DNA of 64,000 nucleotides from Callorhinchus milii (lineage: Eukaryota). Positions 1 to 9,159 of the stretch are shown in pieces (position 1 is the stretch's first letter; the number at the start of each line of letters is the position of its first letter). The notes under the pieces were generated by a model. The model was not told the DNA's origin and did no database searches. It was given only the letters and a program-made list of their open reading frames with translations. The translations under genes and the position numbers were made by a program. The stretch covers positions 9,610,001 through 9,674,000 of the forward strand of contig NW_024704751.1 in the NCBI RefSeq assembly GCF_018977255.1, written 5' to 3'.

Positions 1-121
1 CAGGTTCCTACTTACTGCTAGGGAAACAGAAGCATGTGGAGTAAGGAAACTCGTCTAAGGTTTCGCCCTGCCTGGCATTTGCTATAGAACATGGATGGTT
101 TTATAGTTGTATTAAATATAC

Positions 122-248
122 CTAGAATTTGAGTGCTGTTGGATTCTGGTTCAAAGGCACAGGCCCACAACTGGGTGCTGAAATCGTCAGGATTGTTATT
201 CTTGCTGTGACTCTGTAGAAAATGTAAAGGTTCCAGAGCAATTGGTGT
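122..248 (-). CDS. LRWD1: LRWD1 coding exon 7 (start of WD40 region)
   Basis: ctccag|ACA..CTA G|gtatat; [42 protein letters not shown]. Confidence 0.93.
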
Positions 249-3200
249 CTGGAGATGGGGGGAGAAACAAATCTATTAGAAACCTGTGGAGGGAGAGGAA
301 TAACAACACAAGGCCTAGTTTAGATTTCTATCACTAAATGTCCTCTGCTCTTGCCAAAGTATGGACATGTTTTCCTGGGTCGTTTTGAGCACAGGAAGAT
401 TTCTGTCTCCCTCCCCTTGTGGTTAGTTCCCCATCTCAATACAGCTGACAGATGACATGACTGACGTACGTTGCTCTTTCTTCCCCATTTCCAGCAGAAG
501 ACAGAGGATAATTACGGGGCAAAACAACAATTCTCTGTTCGAGAGCGGTATACAAAAAAAGCCCAGAATTAAGTTGCAGCTCACAACTAGGAAATGGAAA
601 TGGCCCCTGTGCTCCAGCTTTAAGGAAAGCAAAAACTGCAACGTTCCTGCGCCTGACTTTCAATCAGAATATTCCTTGCATTTGGTATTACTGCCTTTCA
701 CGCCCGGAGGACGCGCCAAAGCACTTCACAGGATTTTACTGCAAAGTGGAGTAGTGACTGTACTTGTAGGTGAATGCGGCAACCCAATTGCACACAGCAA
801 TGCCCCACAAACAACCATGAAATAAACAAATGACCTTTTACTTACTTATAAAGTACATTTTCCCTCCTTGTGGATCTCCTTCACTGACCAGCCAGAAAGG
901 CAGCCAAAGCAAGCTTCAGACTTGGGTCATGCAGAACAGTGCCCAAAGACAGTCTGCCACCCACACGGGCAGCATTTTACGTTCTTTTTTAACTCCATTT
1001 GTTACATCTTTTCAATTACTGTATTTCCTATATTGTAACCACCCCCCCACCCCCTCCTACCCTGTATTGCTTTTTGACTGCGCACATTATTCTGTTACAG
1101 GTCTTTTTATTCACAGCACGTTTTAACAGAATCAATTGGATCTGCAATTCAGTATGAAGTAATTCACGGTTGTAGGTTATAAAGCCACACTGTGATAAGA
1201 ATCAAGTACTACAGCAACATAAAAACATAAAGTCCAAGTACATTTAGATTAGATCCCTTTGACCATGCTATTTAATAGTTTAATAGTTATGGAGCATGAA
1301 AGTGTACACATAATTTTTTTTTGAAGGGATTATTACCCTCAGAAAAGCAATCTGCCAATTGACTACCACCAGGTTCCTACTTACTTCTAGGTAAACAGAT
1401 GTGTGTGGAGTAAGCAAACTTGCCTAAGGTTTACACCAGCTTCACGAGCTCTGGCAATTCAACCATAGAGAAGAAAGTTCATGTGATCTGTCAGTTACCT
1501 TGCACTTTGATTTCTTTCTTGGAGTCCTCTTCTCTTCAGCCAGGGTCCCTGGTGTCATGGAGTGATTTCTCTTTCTGAGACTTGTTCTGGTTTCATTTTG
1601 CTTTGCAACTCCACTCCTCGACTTAGAGCTCTGAGGTGTGGAGAGCATTTGTCCTTCTCTCTGATGCTGAATTCTCATACTCTTCCTGGGTGTGTCTTTG
1701 CTGTCATTCTGATATTTCTCAAAATTAACCTGGGGTGAGATAACACAACATTCTATACCAAATACAAGTTTTAATTATTTCCTATCAAAGTTTGTGAGAG
1801 ATCGAAACCCTGGACAAACTTTACTCCATGAAAGGTTTTAAAGCAGAAAATTCTCAAAAGAAGTAACACTCAGCACCAGGTGATTCCAACAGATGGACAA
1901 CAACAACAACAACAACAACAAGATTCCATTTATAGAGCGCCTTTCACGTCAGGAGGACGTCCCAAGGCGCTGCACAGTTGGGTCATGACCCGAGCAGGGG
2001 GGAAATGGTCAGGGTGAGGGGAGGGAAGGGAGGGAGAGAGGAGGGGGAAATGGTCAGGGTGAGGGGAGGGAAGGGAGGGAGCGAGGAGGAGGAAGAGAGT
2101 CGAGAGGGGAGCTGAAGGCACGGTCAAAGAGAAAGGTTTTGAGACCGGCCTTGAAGGAGGAAAGGGAGGAAGCAAGGCGAAGGCACTGGGGGATGGAGTT
2201 CCAGAGCCTCGGGGCTGAGAGGCTGAAGGCCCGACCACCGATAGTAGGGCGGTTGGGGCGGGGGACGTGGAGCAGACCGGAGCCAGAGGAACGGAGGGTA
2301 CGGGCAGGTAGGTAGGGGGATAGTAGGTTGGAGAGGTAGGAGGGAGCAAGGCCGTGAATGGCCTTGTAGGTGAGGATGAGGATCTTGAAATCAATCCTCT
2401 GGGGGATGGGGAGCCAGTGGAGGGGAGCGAGGGTAGGAGTGATGTGGTCCCGAAGCCTGGTGCGGGACAGTACACGAGCTGCAGAGTTCTGAATGACCTG
2501 CAGTGTGGAGGGAGGTGGCGGGAAGGCCGGCGAGGAGAGAGTTCCCATAGTCCAGCCTTGAGGTGACAAAGGCGTGAACCAGGGTTTCAGCAGCGTGAGG
2601 GGTGAGGTAGTGCCGTAGTCTGGCGATATTCCGGAGGTGATGGAAGGCGGTGCCAGTTGTGGTGCGGATGTGAGGGAGAAAGGACAGCTCAGGGTCGAAC
2701 AAAACGCCGAGGTTCCTGACTGGCTTTGAGAGGTGGAGAGTGCAGCCTTGGATGCTGATGGTGTCGGCGCCTGAGGTGCGGAGGCGCTGACGTGAGCCAA
2801 TCAGGAGGGCCTCGGTTTTTCGCACGTTGAGCTGAAGAAAGTTGTCTCTCGTCCAGGACTCGATGTCGGACAGACAGCTGTCAGTACATCGGTGGTCGTG
2901 GAGTTGAGAGTAGAGGAGGAAAGGTAGAGTTGGGTGTCATCCGCATACATGTGGAAGTTAACCCCATGTTTGCGGATGATGTCACCGAGGGGGAGCATAT
3001 AGAGGGTGAGGACAAAAGCAGAAGGAACATACAAATGAACACACACACATATATATAGGAACGTAAGCCATTCAGCCTATGCTCGAGAAAATGCTCCCCA
3101 AATATTTTTTCCTCAAAAAAATTAGATGAAGTCATCAAAGTCTTACATTAATATCATCTTCATCCTCCTCCTCCTCACTTTTATTCTCCTCGGAGTCCGA

Positions 3201-5883
3201 GGCCTCTTCCTTCTCATTCTGTTCCAGAGAGGCCACAAGTTCAGTTGCAATCGTTTCCACCTGGGCGGTGAAGTAGAGAAATGTCAACACCTAAAAGAGA
3301 CTCACTAGAGGCTGCTCGAGGAGCCAGGCAAAACTGCAGGTTGTGAGGCAAATTCAGCCCTGAAACTCAGGAACACTCTTCCTCTATCCCTCCATCTTGC
3401 CCTTTTCCTTCCCCATCTTCAGATCACACCTCAAGACCTCCCCCTTTGACCATGGGTACAGTCACCTCCTCCATCCCCCCGGCTCAGCATCGTGCTCCAC
3501 CACTGTCAAGCGCTCTGGAAAGCTACCCTGTGTGAGTGGCGCTTTATAAATGCAAGTTGTTGTTGTAAATGATCAAAATTTCTCCTGCATTTGCATGCAG
3601 AGAAACAAGGTCATCGGCCCAATAATTAGATAAAGACACAAAACTACCTACCCTCCATTTTGTAAATTCACGTAGGGAATTTGGCCCATAATTAACTTTA
3701 GCCACTGCAGATTTCACAAAGGCTTTCCCAACCTCTCTTATCTCCTCAGGGCTGGGTGGATCTGAGAACTGGTCCTTATAGTTTTTCTCCCAAAAAGAAG
3801 TTACCTAGAGAAATAAAATCATTATAATAATAAGTGCACATGTAACAAATAGGCAGGAAATATCGGCCATCTTTTTAGTGTCGGGTTAAATGCAAGTTAT
3901 CGTAAAAGCTCTAAGATAGCAGCAGTGTGATCAGTTCCACTCTCTCCCAATTCATCCATCACCTTATTATAATAACAGTCCCAGTCATTTCAGTGGATAG
4001 GTTGAACTGACATACAGTAAGTACACAATGTCTACTGAGGCAAACGGATCAGAAACTTATTGTTCTGACATGTCCCACTCCCTTTTTCAGAGAAATGGCT
4101 AAAATATCCCACAACTGAGCAGTTCGATTGTTATTATTGTTAAAATAAGATAATACCGAGGCATTTTTTATTACAGTCCACTTCACAAGCATTCCTTTGA
4201 AGTGCTTTGAATAACTACGCAATAAGTAGATCCTGTTTCCTTTCCGTTTCGTGTTGTGTCTTGCAAGGCCCTCAGTTGTAAACTGGCTAAATCATCAATA
4301 ATCCCAATGTAGTTCAGAAAAATCTTTGTTACACAAATATCAAGAACTCACTCGAGCCATTAGTTCTCGGCTGTTGACGAACCTCAGGTGATTTGCACTG
4401 GATGTTATATCCTTTCCATTGATGCGTTGCAGATTCGACAACATATACATCATCTTGTAGTGGTCGCTAATCTAAACAGAAATATTAATAGTACTTGCAT
4501 TTGATATAGCACCTTTCACAATGGAAAAACATCTCAAAGCACTTCACGGGAATAACTGAAGTACAATGACTGTGTATCTTGTAGGCAAATGTGGGATCTA
4601 ATTTAACCATATCCCCAGCCTTGCTTGGCTCCATATCCCCCAGTGGATCAAGTTCAACATCCTCATCCACGTATTCAAATCCCTCCACATTCACCTCTAT
4701 AGCCTCTTAAATTCTACTGAATCTGGAAAGTGTTAGGTGCAGGTTGGCAAGGCTTGGGGACCCCATAGTGTGTGATGGGTACTGCTGGAGTCTAACCAGC
4801 TAATCCCACATTGCTTGCCATTGATATTGCAGTCTGGCAAGCTCTCTCGCTGTTTCTTCAGCTAGAACCATTCTACCTGTTAGGGCTTTGGCTTGCAGGG
4901 TTAACAGGAGCTGAGCGGGATGATTCCCTGCTCCCAGTGATGTGAATTTAGGGCTCCACGATAACTCGGCTTCCACTACTTACTGTCAAATACAAGTTGT
5001 CTTCATAGATGAGATCCTCGAGGTGTGGGAACTGGCTCAGTGACATAATATCCTCCAGCTGATTATTGGCACAGTTGAGGACTCGCAGCTCGACAAGTCC
5101 CAAATTGGGTGGAATCTCACTCAACAGATTTCCCGACACGTTCAGTTCTTTCAGCCTCGTCATCTGCGAAAGCAACCGTGGATCCAAATCACTTGTGCTC
5201 AGCTGCAGATTAGAAAGGCTGAATAGAAACAGGAAGGTACGGTTTAGACGGGAATTAACAAGACAAGCGTCACGAGCAGTCAAGTAATAGCATGAGCACT
5301 CGCTTTGCAAGCGAGAGACCTGAGTTCAATTCCAGGCAGAGGGCGAAACCTTGGGCCAAGTTTCCTTACTCCACACAGAGCCTAATAATAATCCTCCAAA
5401 ACCCAAAACAATAATAAAATTAGTCATTTTCAGTCTACGACTGTTTGTGGGACATCGCTGTGCGCAATTGGCTGCCGCGTTCGCCCACAAATGTACAGTC
5501 AATTCACTTTGCAGTGCGTTCTGTGAAGCGCTTTGGGACGTCCTCCCGACGTGAAAAGCGCTATATCAAAATGCGAGGATTATTATTATCGGTGAAACAT
5601 TAAAAACACCACCGACGCGTCACTTTTATCCACAGCCGCTGCCCAGGTTTTCCCGAACAGCCGGTTTTGGTCTTCCTTCGCCGAACAAATTCTTGCGTTC
5701 GACTCCGGACAGGTGCGGCGGAATAACTGCTCCGTTTCCGCGCCACGAGTACCTATGCGGGAATAGCGACGAGGGGGGCGCGGGATGTCGGGGTACCCAC
5801 TCGATCTTCTTGACGTGTCTCAAGTGCGCGCATTTCGGAGTCCCCTTTGCGAGCAGCAGCTCTCGCGTGACCCTCGTCGTCAT
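122..5883 (-). CDS. LRWD1: Leucine-rich repeat and WD repeat-containing protein 1 (ORCA); 5' seven coding exons, gene continues off the left edge
   Basis: Spliced complement(join(122..248,1499..1729,3147..3260,3652..3804,4352..4471,4984..5218,5801..5883)); all GT-AG, phases consistent. [96 protein letters not shown] matches the LRWD1 LRR region and start of the WD40 region; head-to-head with ALKBH4 as in mammals. Confidence 0.95.
1499..1729 (-). CDS. LRWD1: LRWD1 coding exon 6 (basic linker)
   Basis: ccccag|GTT..AAG|gtaact, 231 nt phase 0-0, open frame [31 protein letters not shown]; homology not recognisable, called from splice sites and phase. Confidence 0.75.
1897..3012 (-). mobile_element. 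5'-truncated L2-clade LINE (RT C-terminus, 3' UTR, (TTG)n tail) with two frameshifts
   Basis: Three overlapping frames give [54 protein letters not shown] and [23 protein letters not shown], typical L2 RT; (caa)n at 1897-1921. Confidence 0.93.
3147..3260 (-). CDS. LRWD1: LRWD1 coding exon 5 (acidic linker)
   Basis: gcccag|GTG..AAT|gtaaga; [38 protein letters not shown]. Confidence 0.88.
3370..3566 (+). mobile_element. L2 LINE 3' end fragment
   Basis: ggaacactcttcct..tcaagacc..gcgctttataaatgcaagttgttgttg tail. Confidence 0.7.
3652..3804 (-). CDS. LRWD1: LRWD1 coding exon 4
   Basis: ctctag|GTA..AGG|gtaggt; [33 protein letters not shown]. Confidence 0.93.
4352..4471 (-). CDS. LRWD1: LRWD1 coding exon 3
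   Basis: gtttag|ATT..CGA|gtgagt; [40 protein letters not shown]. Confidence 0.92.
4984..5218 (-). CDS. LRWD1: LRWD1 coding exon 2 (LRRs)
   Basis: attcag|C..ACA|gtaagt; LRR repeats [29 protein letters not shown]. Confidence 0.95.
5296..5589 (+). mobile_element. tRNA-derived SINE, young short subfamily (head truncated)
   Basis: Near-identical to 6091-6413; ends gcgctatatcaaaatgcgaggattattatt. Confidence 0.88.
5801..5883 (-). CDS. LRWD1: LRWD1 coding exon 1
   Basis: AAGATGACG start; [29 protein letters not shown]|gtgggt, phase 2 matches the next exon. Confidence 0.88.
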
Positions 5884-5940
5884 CTTCTTCGGATGCCCCT
5901 GCAAACGTTCGAGAGATGCCGATTATCTTACAACGCAATA

Positions 5941-6610
5941 CCGTCGTCATCGTCGATAATAATAATCCTGGCATCTGAGGCGGCGCCTCAGCGCGTCCTC
6001 CGGACGGCTCAGGAGAGCGCCGCGCGGGACACGCCGCGAAGCCACTCGATTGTGTCCCAGAAACAGCCGCGGGTGATTATCCAAACTATTGTGGAGTCCT
6101 GTAGCTCAGTGGTTAGAGCACTCGCTTTGCGAGTGAGAGACCTGAGTTCAATTCCAGGCAGAGGGCGAAACCTCGGGCAAGTTTCCTTACTCCACACAGA
6201 GCCTAATAATAGTCCCTCCAAAACCAAAAACAATAATAAATTGGTCATTTTCAACCCACGACTGTTTGTGGGACATTGCTGTGCGCAATTGGCTGCCGCG
6301 TTCGCCCACAAATATACAGTCAATTCACTTTACAGTGTGTTCTGTGAAGCGCTTTGGGACGTCCTCCCGATGTGAAAAGCGCTATATCAAATGCGAGGAT
6401 TATTATTATTATTTTTTTTCTTGAAGGGATTATCAACCGCTGGAAAAAACGGTCCCCCCTCCCCCCACACCCCCCCCCCCACCTCCACCCCACTAACAAC
6501 CCGCCCCCTACTTACTGCCGGGTATACAGTGTGTGTGTGGGTGTGTGTGTGGGGTGGGGGGTCTCTGTGGCCTCTGTGAGGAGAGCGCTTCTATCCACTG
6601 GAAGCGAACA
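5941..6610 (-). mobile_element. Older long-subfamily SINE, GC-enriched, split by a younger SINE insertion
   Basis: 5958-6090 aligns to the SINE tail/body consensus; 6414-6610 resumes with gaagggattat..ctacttactgc.. and a degraded head. Confidence 0.65.
6091..6413 (+). mobile_element. Full-length young tRNA-derived SINE
   Basis: gtggagtcctgtagctcagtggttagagc (A box), gagttcaattcc (B box), body, L2-like 3' tail with (TTA)n. Confidence 0.92.
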
Positions 6611-6614
6611 CTAA

Positions 6615-7230
6615 GGCGCCCATTCGCCGGAGCAGAGGCTTCACCCGCGGCTCGAGTTTCCCGCCCGAGCCTCCAACTGTCGCCGGCGGCCCGAGCGCGA
6701 GATTCCCGCTCAAACAGCGCCCTCAGCCGGCGGGCGGACAGCCGCCCCCCCGCCCAAAAAAAAAAAAAGTAGCCCAATATCACCCGCCGGTAGAGATGCA
6801 TATGTACCGGTTAGCGGCAGAGTGGGCGGTTTAGGCGAGAATAAAACCCGCCCAATCGGGCGTGAACCCGCCCCGCCCCGCCCCGGCCCGGCCTGGTCAC
6901 GTGGCTGCCGGCGGCAGTTGGTTGGGTGCTCCCCCCCCCCCCCCCACCCTCCGCGCGCGTGCGCACTCCGCTCTCCCAGTGGCAGCAGCGGCGGCGGGTG
7001 TCATGGCGGCGGCCCTTCCCGGTGAGCGGCGGGAAAAATAAAATACAAGAGGTCTCGGGTTGGTTCAGCGGGGACCGAATTCCCGGAGGGGGGGAAGGAG
7101 GAAGGAGGGAGCTGGACCCGGCCCGAGGCCATGGCGGAGAGCGCCCGGGAGCCGAGCTGCGGGTGCAAAGGCATCCGCTCGTGCCTGACGTGTGAGGAGA
7201 GCGGGTCGCCCAAGCTCCAAGTCCGGGTAA
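6615..7230. promoter_or_regulatory. CpG-island bidirectional promoter of LRWD1/ALKBH4
   Basis: CpG-rich; TTTCCCGCC (E2F-like) 6657-6665, CCAAT 6852-6856, tandem CCCGCCCC GC boxes ~6867-6885, GGTCACGTGG E-box 6895-6904, GCGCGTGCGCA NRF1-like ~6955. Confidence 0.75.
7131..7226 (+). CDS. ALKBH4: ALKBH4 coding exon 1
   Basis: GCCATGG Kozak; MAESAREPSCGCKGIRSCLTCEESGSPKLQVR|gtaaga. Confidence 0.9.
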
Positions 7231-9159
7231 GAAGCAAATCATCATCATCATCATCATCATCATCACCACCACCATCACCACAATCATCATCATCACCGTC
7301 ACCACAATCATCATCATCATCACCACCACCGTCACCACAATCATCATCACCATCATCATCACCATCATCATCATCACCACCACCGTCACCACAATCATCA
7401 TCACCGTCACCACAATCACCATCACCGTCACCACAATCTTTGCGTTCGATATAACACCTTTATCGCGTCTCCCAGAGCGTCTCAAAGCGCTTTGCGGAAT
7501 ACGCTGTCTGTCAAGTGAATTTAAGCGCTCGTGAGACGCCGTTCCGGCGTGGAGAGGGCGCTGTATAAATCCCATGTGGTTGTGGTTATGGCGGTGGTGG
7601 TTGAATTTGCATGTGTATTTTGCGGGTGAAACCAGGCAGCCAATTGGGCCCAACAGCGTCCCGCAGACCGCGCCCCGTGGATATGTATAGATCATACATA
7701 TTTACAGTGTCTAAAAGTGTTGATTCAGCCCCATGTTACACCCGATTCCTATACCCGTTCCAACAAAGCATACAAATAGCAACAGCCGAGATGACGATCA
7801 AAATCTATGATGGACAACCAGGATTAGCCAAGTTTATAAAGCAATCTTACACCAGAGATACAGACTAATTGGGCTGAACGGTCTGTTTACATGTCATGTC
7901 ATTCTATGATAACAGGCATGTTAAGTAAATGCCTCAACTGCGGTGGTACTTACCTGAATGGTCATCCTGTCACAGATCCTATTTGGGGAGTGAAAAAGTA
8001 GCTTCCTACTTGGCTATGGTTCTCCCATGTATTAGTTTTAAGCGTTGAAATTGATCATTGTCTATTTTTCTTTCTGCAGAAAAAGTACCAACTCACTTAC
8101 GATCGTAGGTCAGGTTTCGCAGTGGGGGGTGAATTCTGTGGATTTAGTAAATGGGCTTTACCGTTCCCTGGTGTGTATTTATTGGACAATTTTGTCAGTG
8201 AGGAGGAGGAGACCCAACTGGTGGACATGATGGATAGAGATGAGTGGAAATCTTCACAATCTGGGCGAAAGAAACAGGTGTGTTTTTCCTGACTGTGCGT
8301 TTTTCCTGGCTTTCAGTACAAAAACACTAATCTGAGCATTAAAAAGAGATACGGGGAAAGAGGGATTAATACAAAAGCAGCAATTTAGGAAAATGGGTAT
8401 CGGTTGCAAAGACATGATGGGGCAAAGACTTCCTTCTCTGCTAAAAATGTCACGTTTCTTAACCATTTTCTTTTCTACATGTAGGATTATGGTCCAAAGG
8501 TGAATTTTAAGAAACGCAAGCTGAAAACTGGGTGTTTCAATGGCCTGCCGAGCTTCAGCCATCAGCTTGTGAACCGAATGCTAAAGTGCCCGGTGCTGAA
8601 GGACTTCCTTCCTGTAGAACAGTGTAACCTGGATTATAGGCCAGAGCGAGGTTCCTCCATTGACCCACACTTTGACGACTGGTGGCTGTGGGGAGAACGC
8701 CTGGTCAGCGTGAATCTACTGGCTGACACCACGTTATCAATGTCGCGCGACTCGGACAACTACATCCAGCTGCATCCATCTGGACAGATGTGCAACACAC
8801 AGTCACCTGCTCCAGTAACTGACCAGTCAGAGAGAACTTTCCATTTTAATGGGGATAATCTTCCAGTTCACTGTACAGGTGACTGCAGAGTGGAAAGGAC
8901 AAGTGAAGCAGGGCAAAGGCTAACTTGTTATAGTGATGTGGAGGTGGCCATCCACGTGCCGAGGAGATCTTTGGTTGTGTTGTATGGGGAGGCACGTTAT
9001 AAATGGAAACATGCCATTCATAGAGAAAGTATCAAGTCAAGACGAATATGTAGCACGTTCAGGGAGCTATCAGAAGAATTCAGTCAAGGAGGAAAGCAGG
9101 AAGCATTGGGGAAACAATTCTTGGATATAGCTTTGAGCTTTCAGGGTAATCCTGTGTAA
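7131..9159 (+). CDS. ALKBH4: Alpha-ketoglutarate-dependent dioxygenase alkB homolog 4, 322 aa
   Basis: join(7131..7226,8080..8277,8485..9159); CGCKGIRSCLTCE cluster, SQSGRKKQDYGPKVNFKK, EQCNLDY..IDPHFDDWWLWGERLVS (HxD), WKHAI, RRICSTFREL. Confidence 0.97.
7238..7437 (+). repeat. Compound (ATC)n/(ACC)n microsatellite in ALKBH4 intron 1, continuous with a minus-strand SINE tail
   Basis: atcatcatc..accaccgtcaccacaatc units followed by ctttgcgttcgatataac (SINE tail-like). Confidence 0.9.
8080..8277 (+). CDS. ALKBH4: ALKBH4 coding exon 2
   Basis: ctgcag|AAA..CAG|gtgtgt; WALPFPGVYLLDNFVSEEEETQLVDMMDRDEWKSSQSGRKKQ. Confidence 0.95.
8485..9159 (+). CDS. ALKBH4: ALKBH4 coding exon 3 (catalytic DSBH)
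   Basis: atgtag|GAT TAT GGT..TAA 9159. Confidence 0.96.
   Translation, partial: DYGPKVNFKKRKLKTGCFNGLPSFSHQLVNRMLKCPVLKDFLPVEQCNLDYRPERGSSIDPHFDDWWLWGERLVSVNLLADTTLSMSRDSDNYIQLHPSGQMCNTQSPAPVTDQSERTFHFNGDNLPVHCTGDCRVERTSEAGQRLTCYSDVEVAIHVPRRSLVVLYGEARYKWKHAIHRESIKSRRICSTFRELSEEFSQGGKQEALGKQFLDIALSFQGNPV

Noticed and set aside
471-535. Possible extra LRWD1 exon (aacag|AGAATT..GCAAC|gtacgt)
   Set aside because: 65 nt would shift the frame between two phase-0 junctions
1930-3046. RT-like ORFs as a functional gene
   Set aside because: 5'-truncated, frameshifted L2 copy
6091-6165. tRNA-like sequence with A and B boxes (also 12290-12365, 21867-21940, 29410-29484)
   Set aside because: SINE heads, each continuous with SINE body and tail; not tRNA genes
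6811-7695. 294-aa minus-strand ORF with poly-M/V
   Set aside because: Antisense shadow of the CpG island and the ATC/ACC microsatellite
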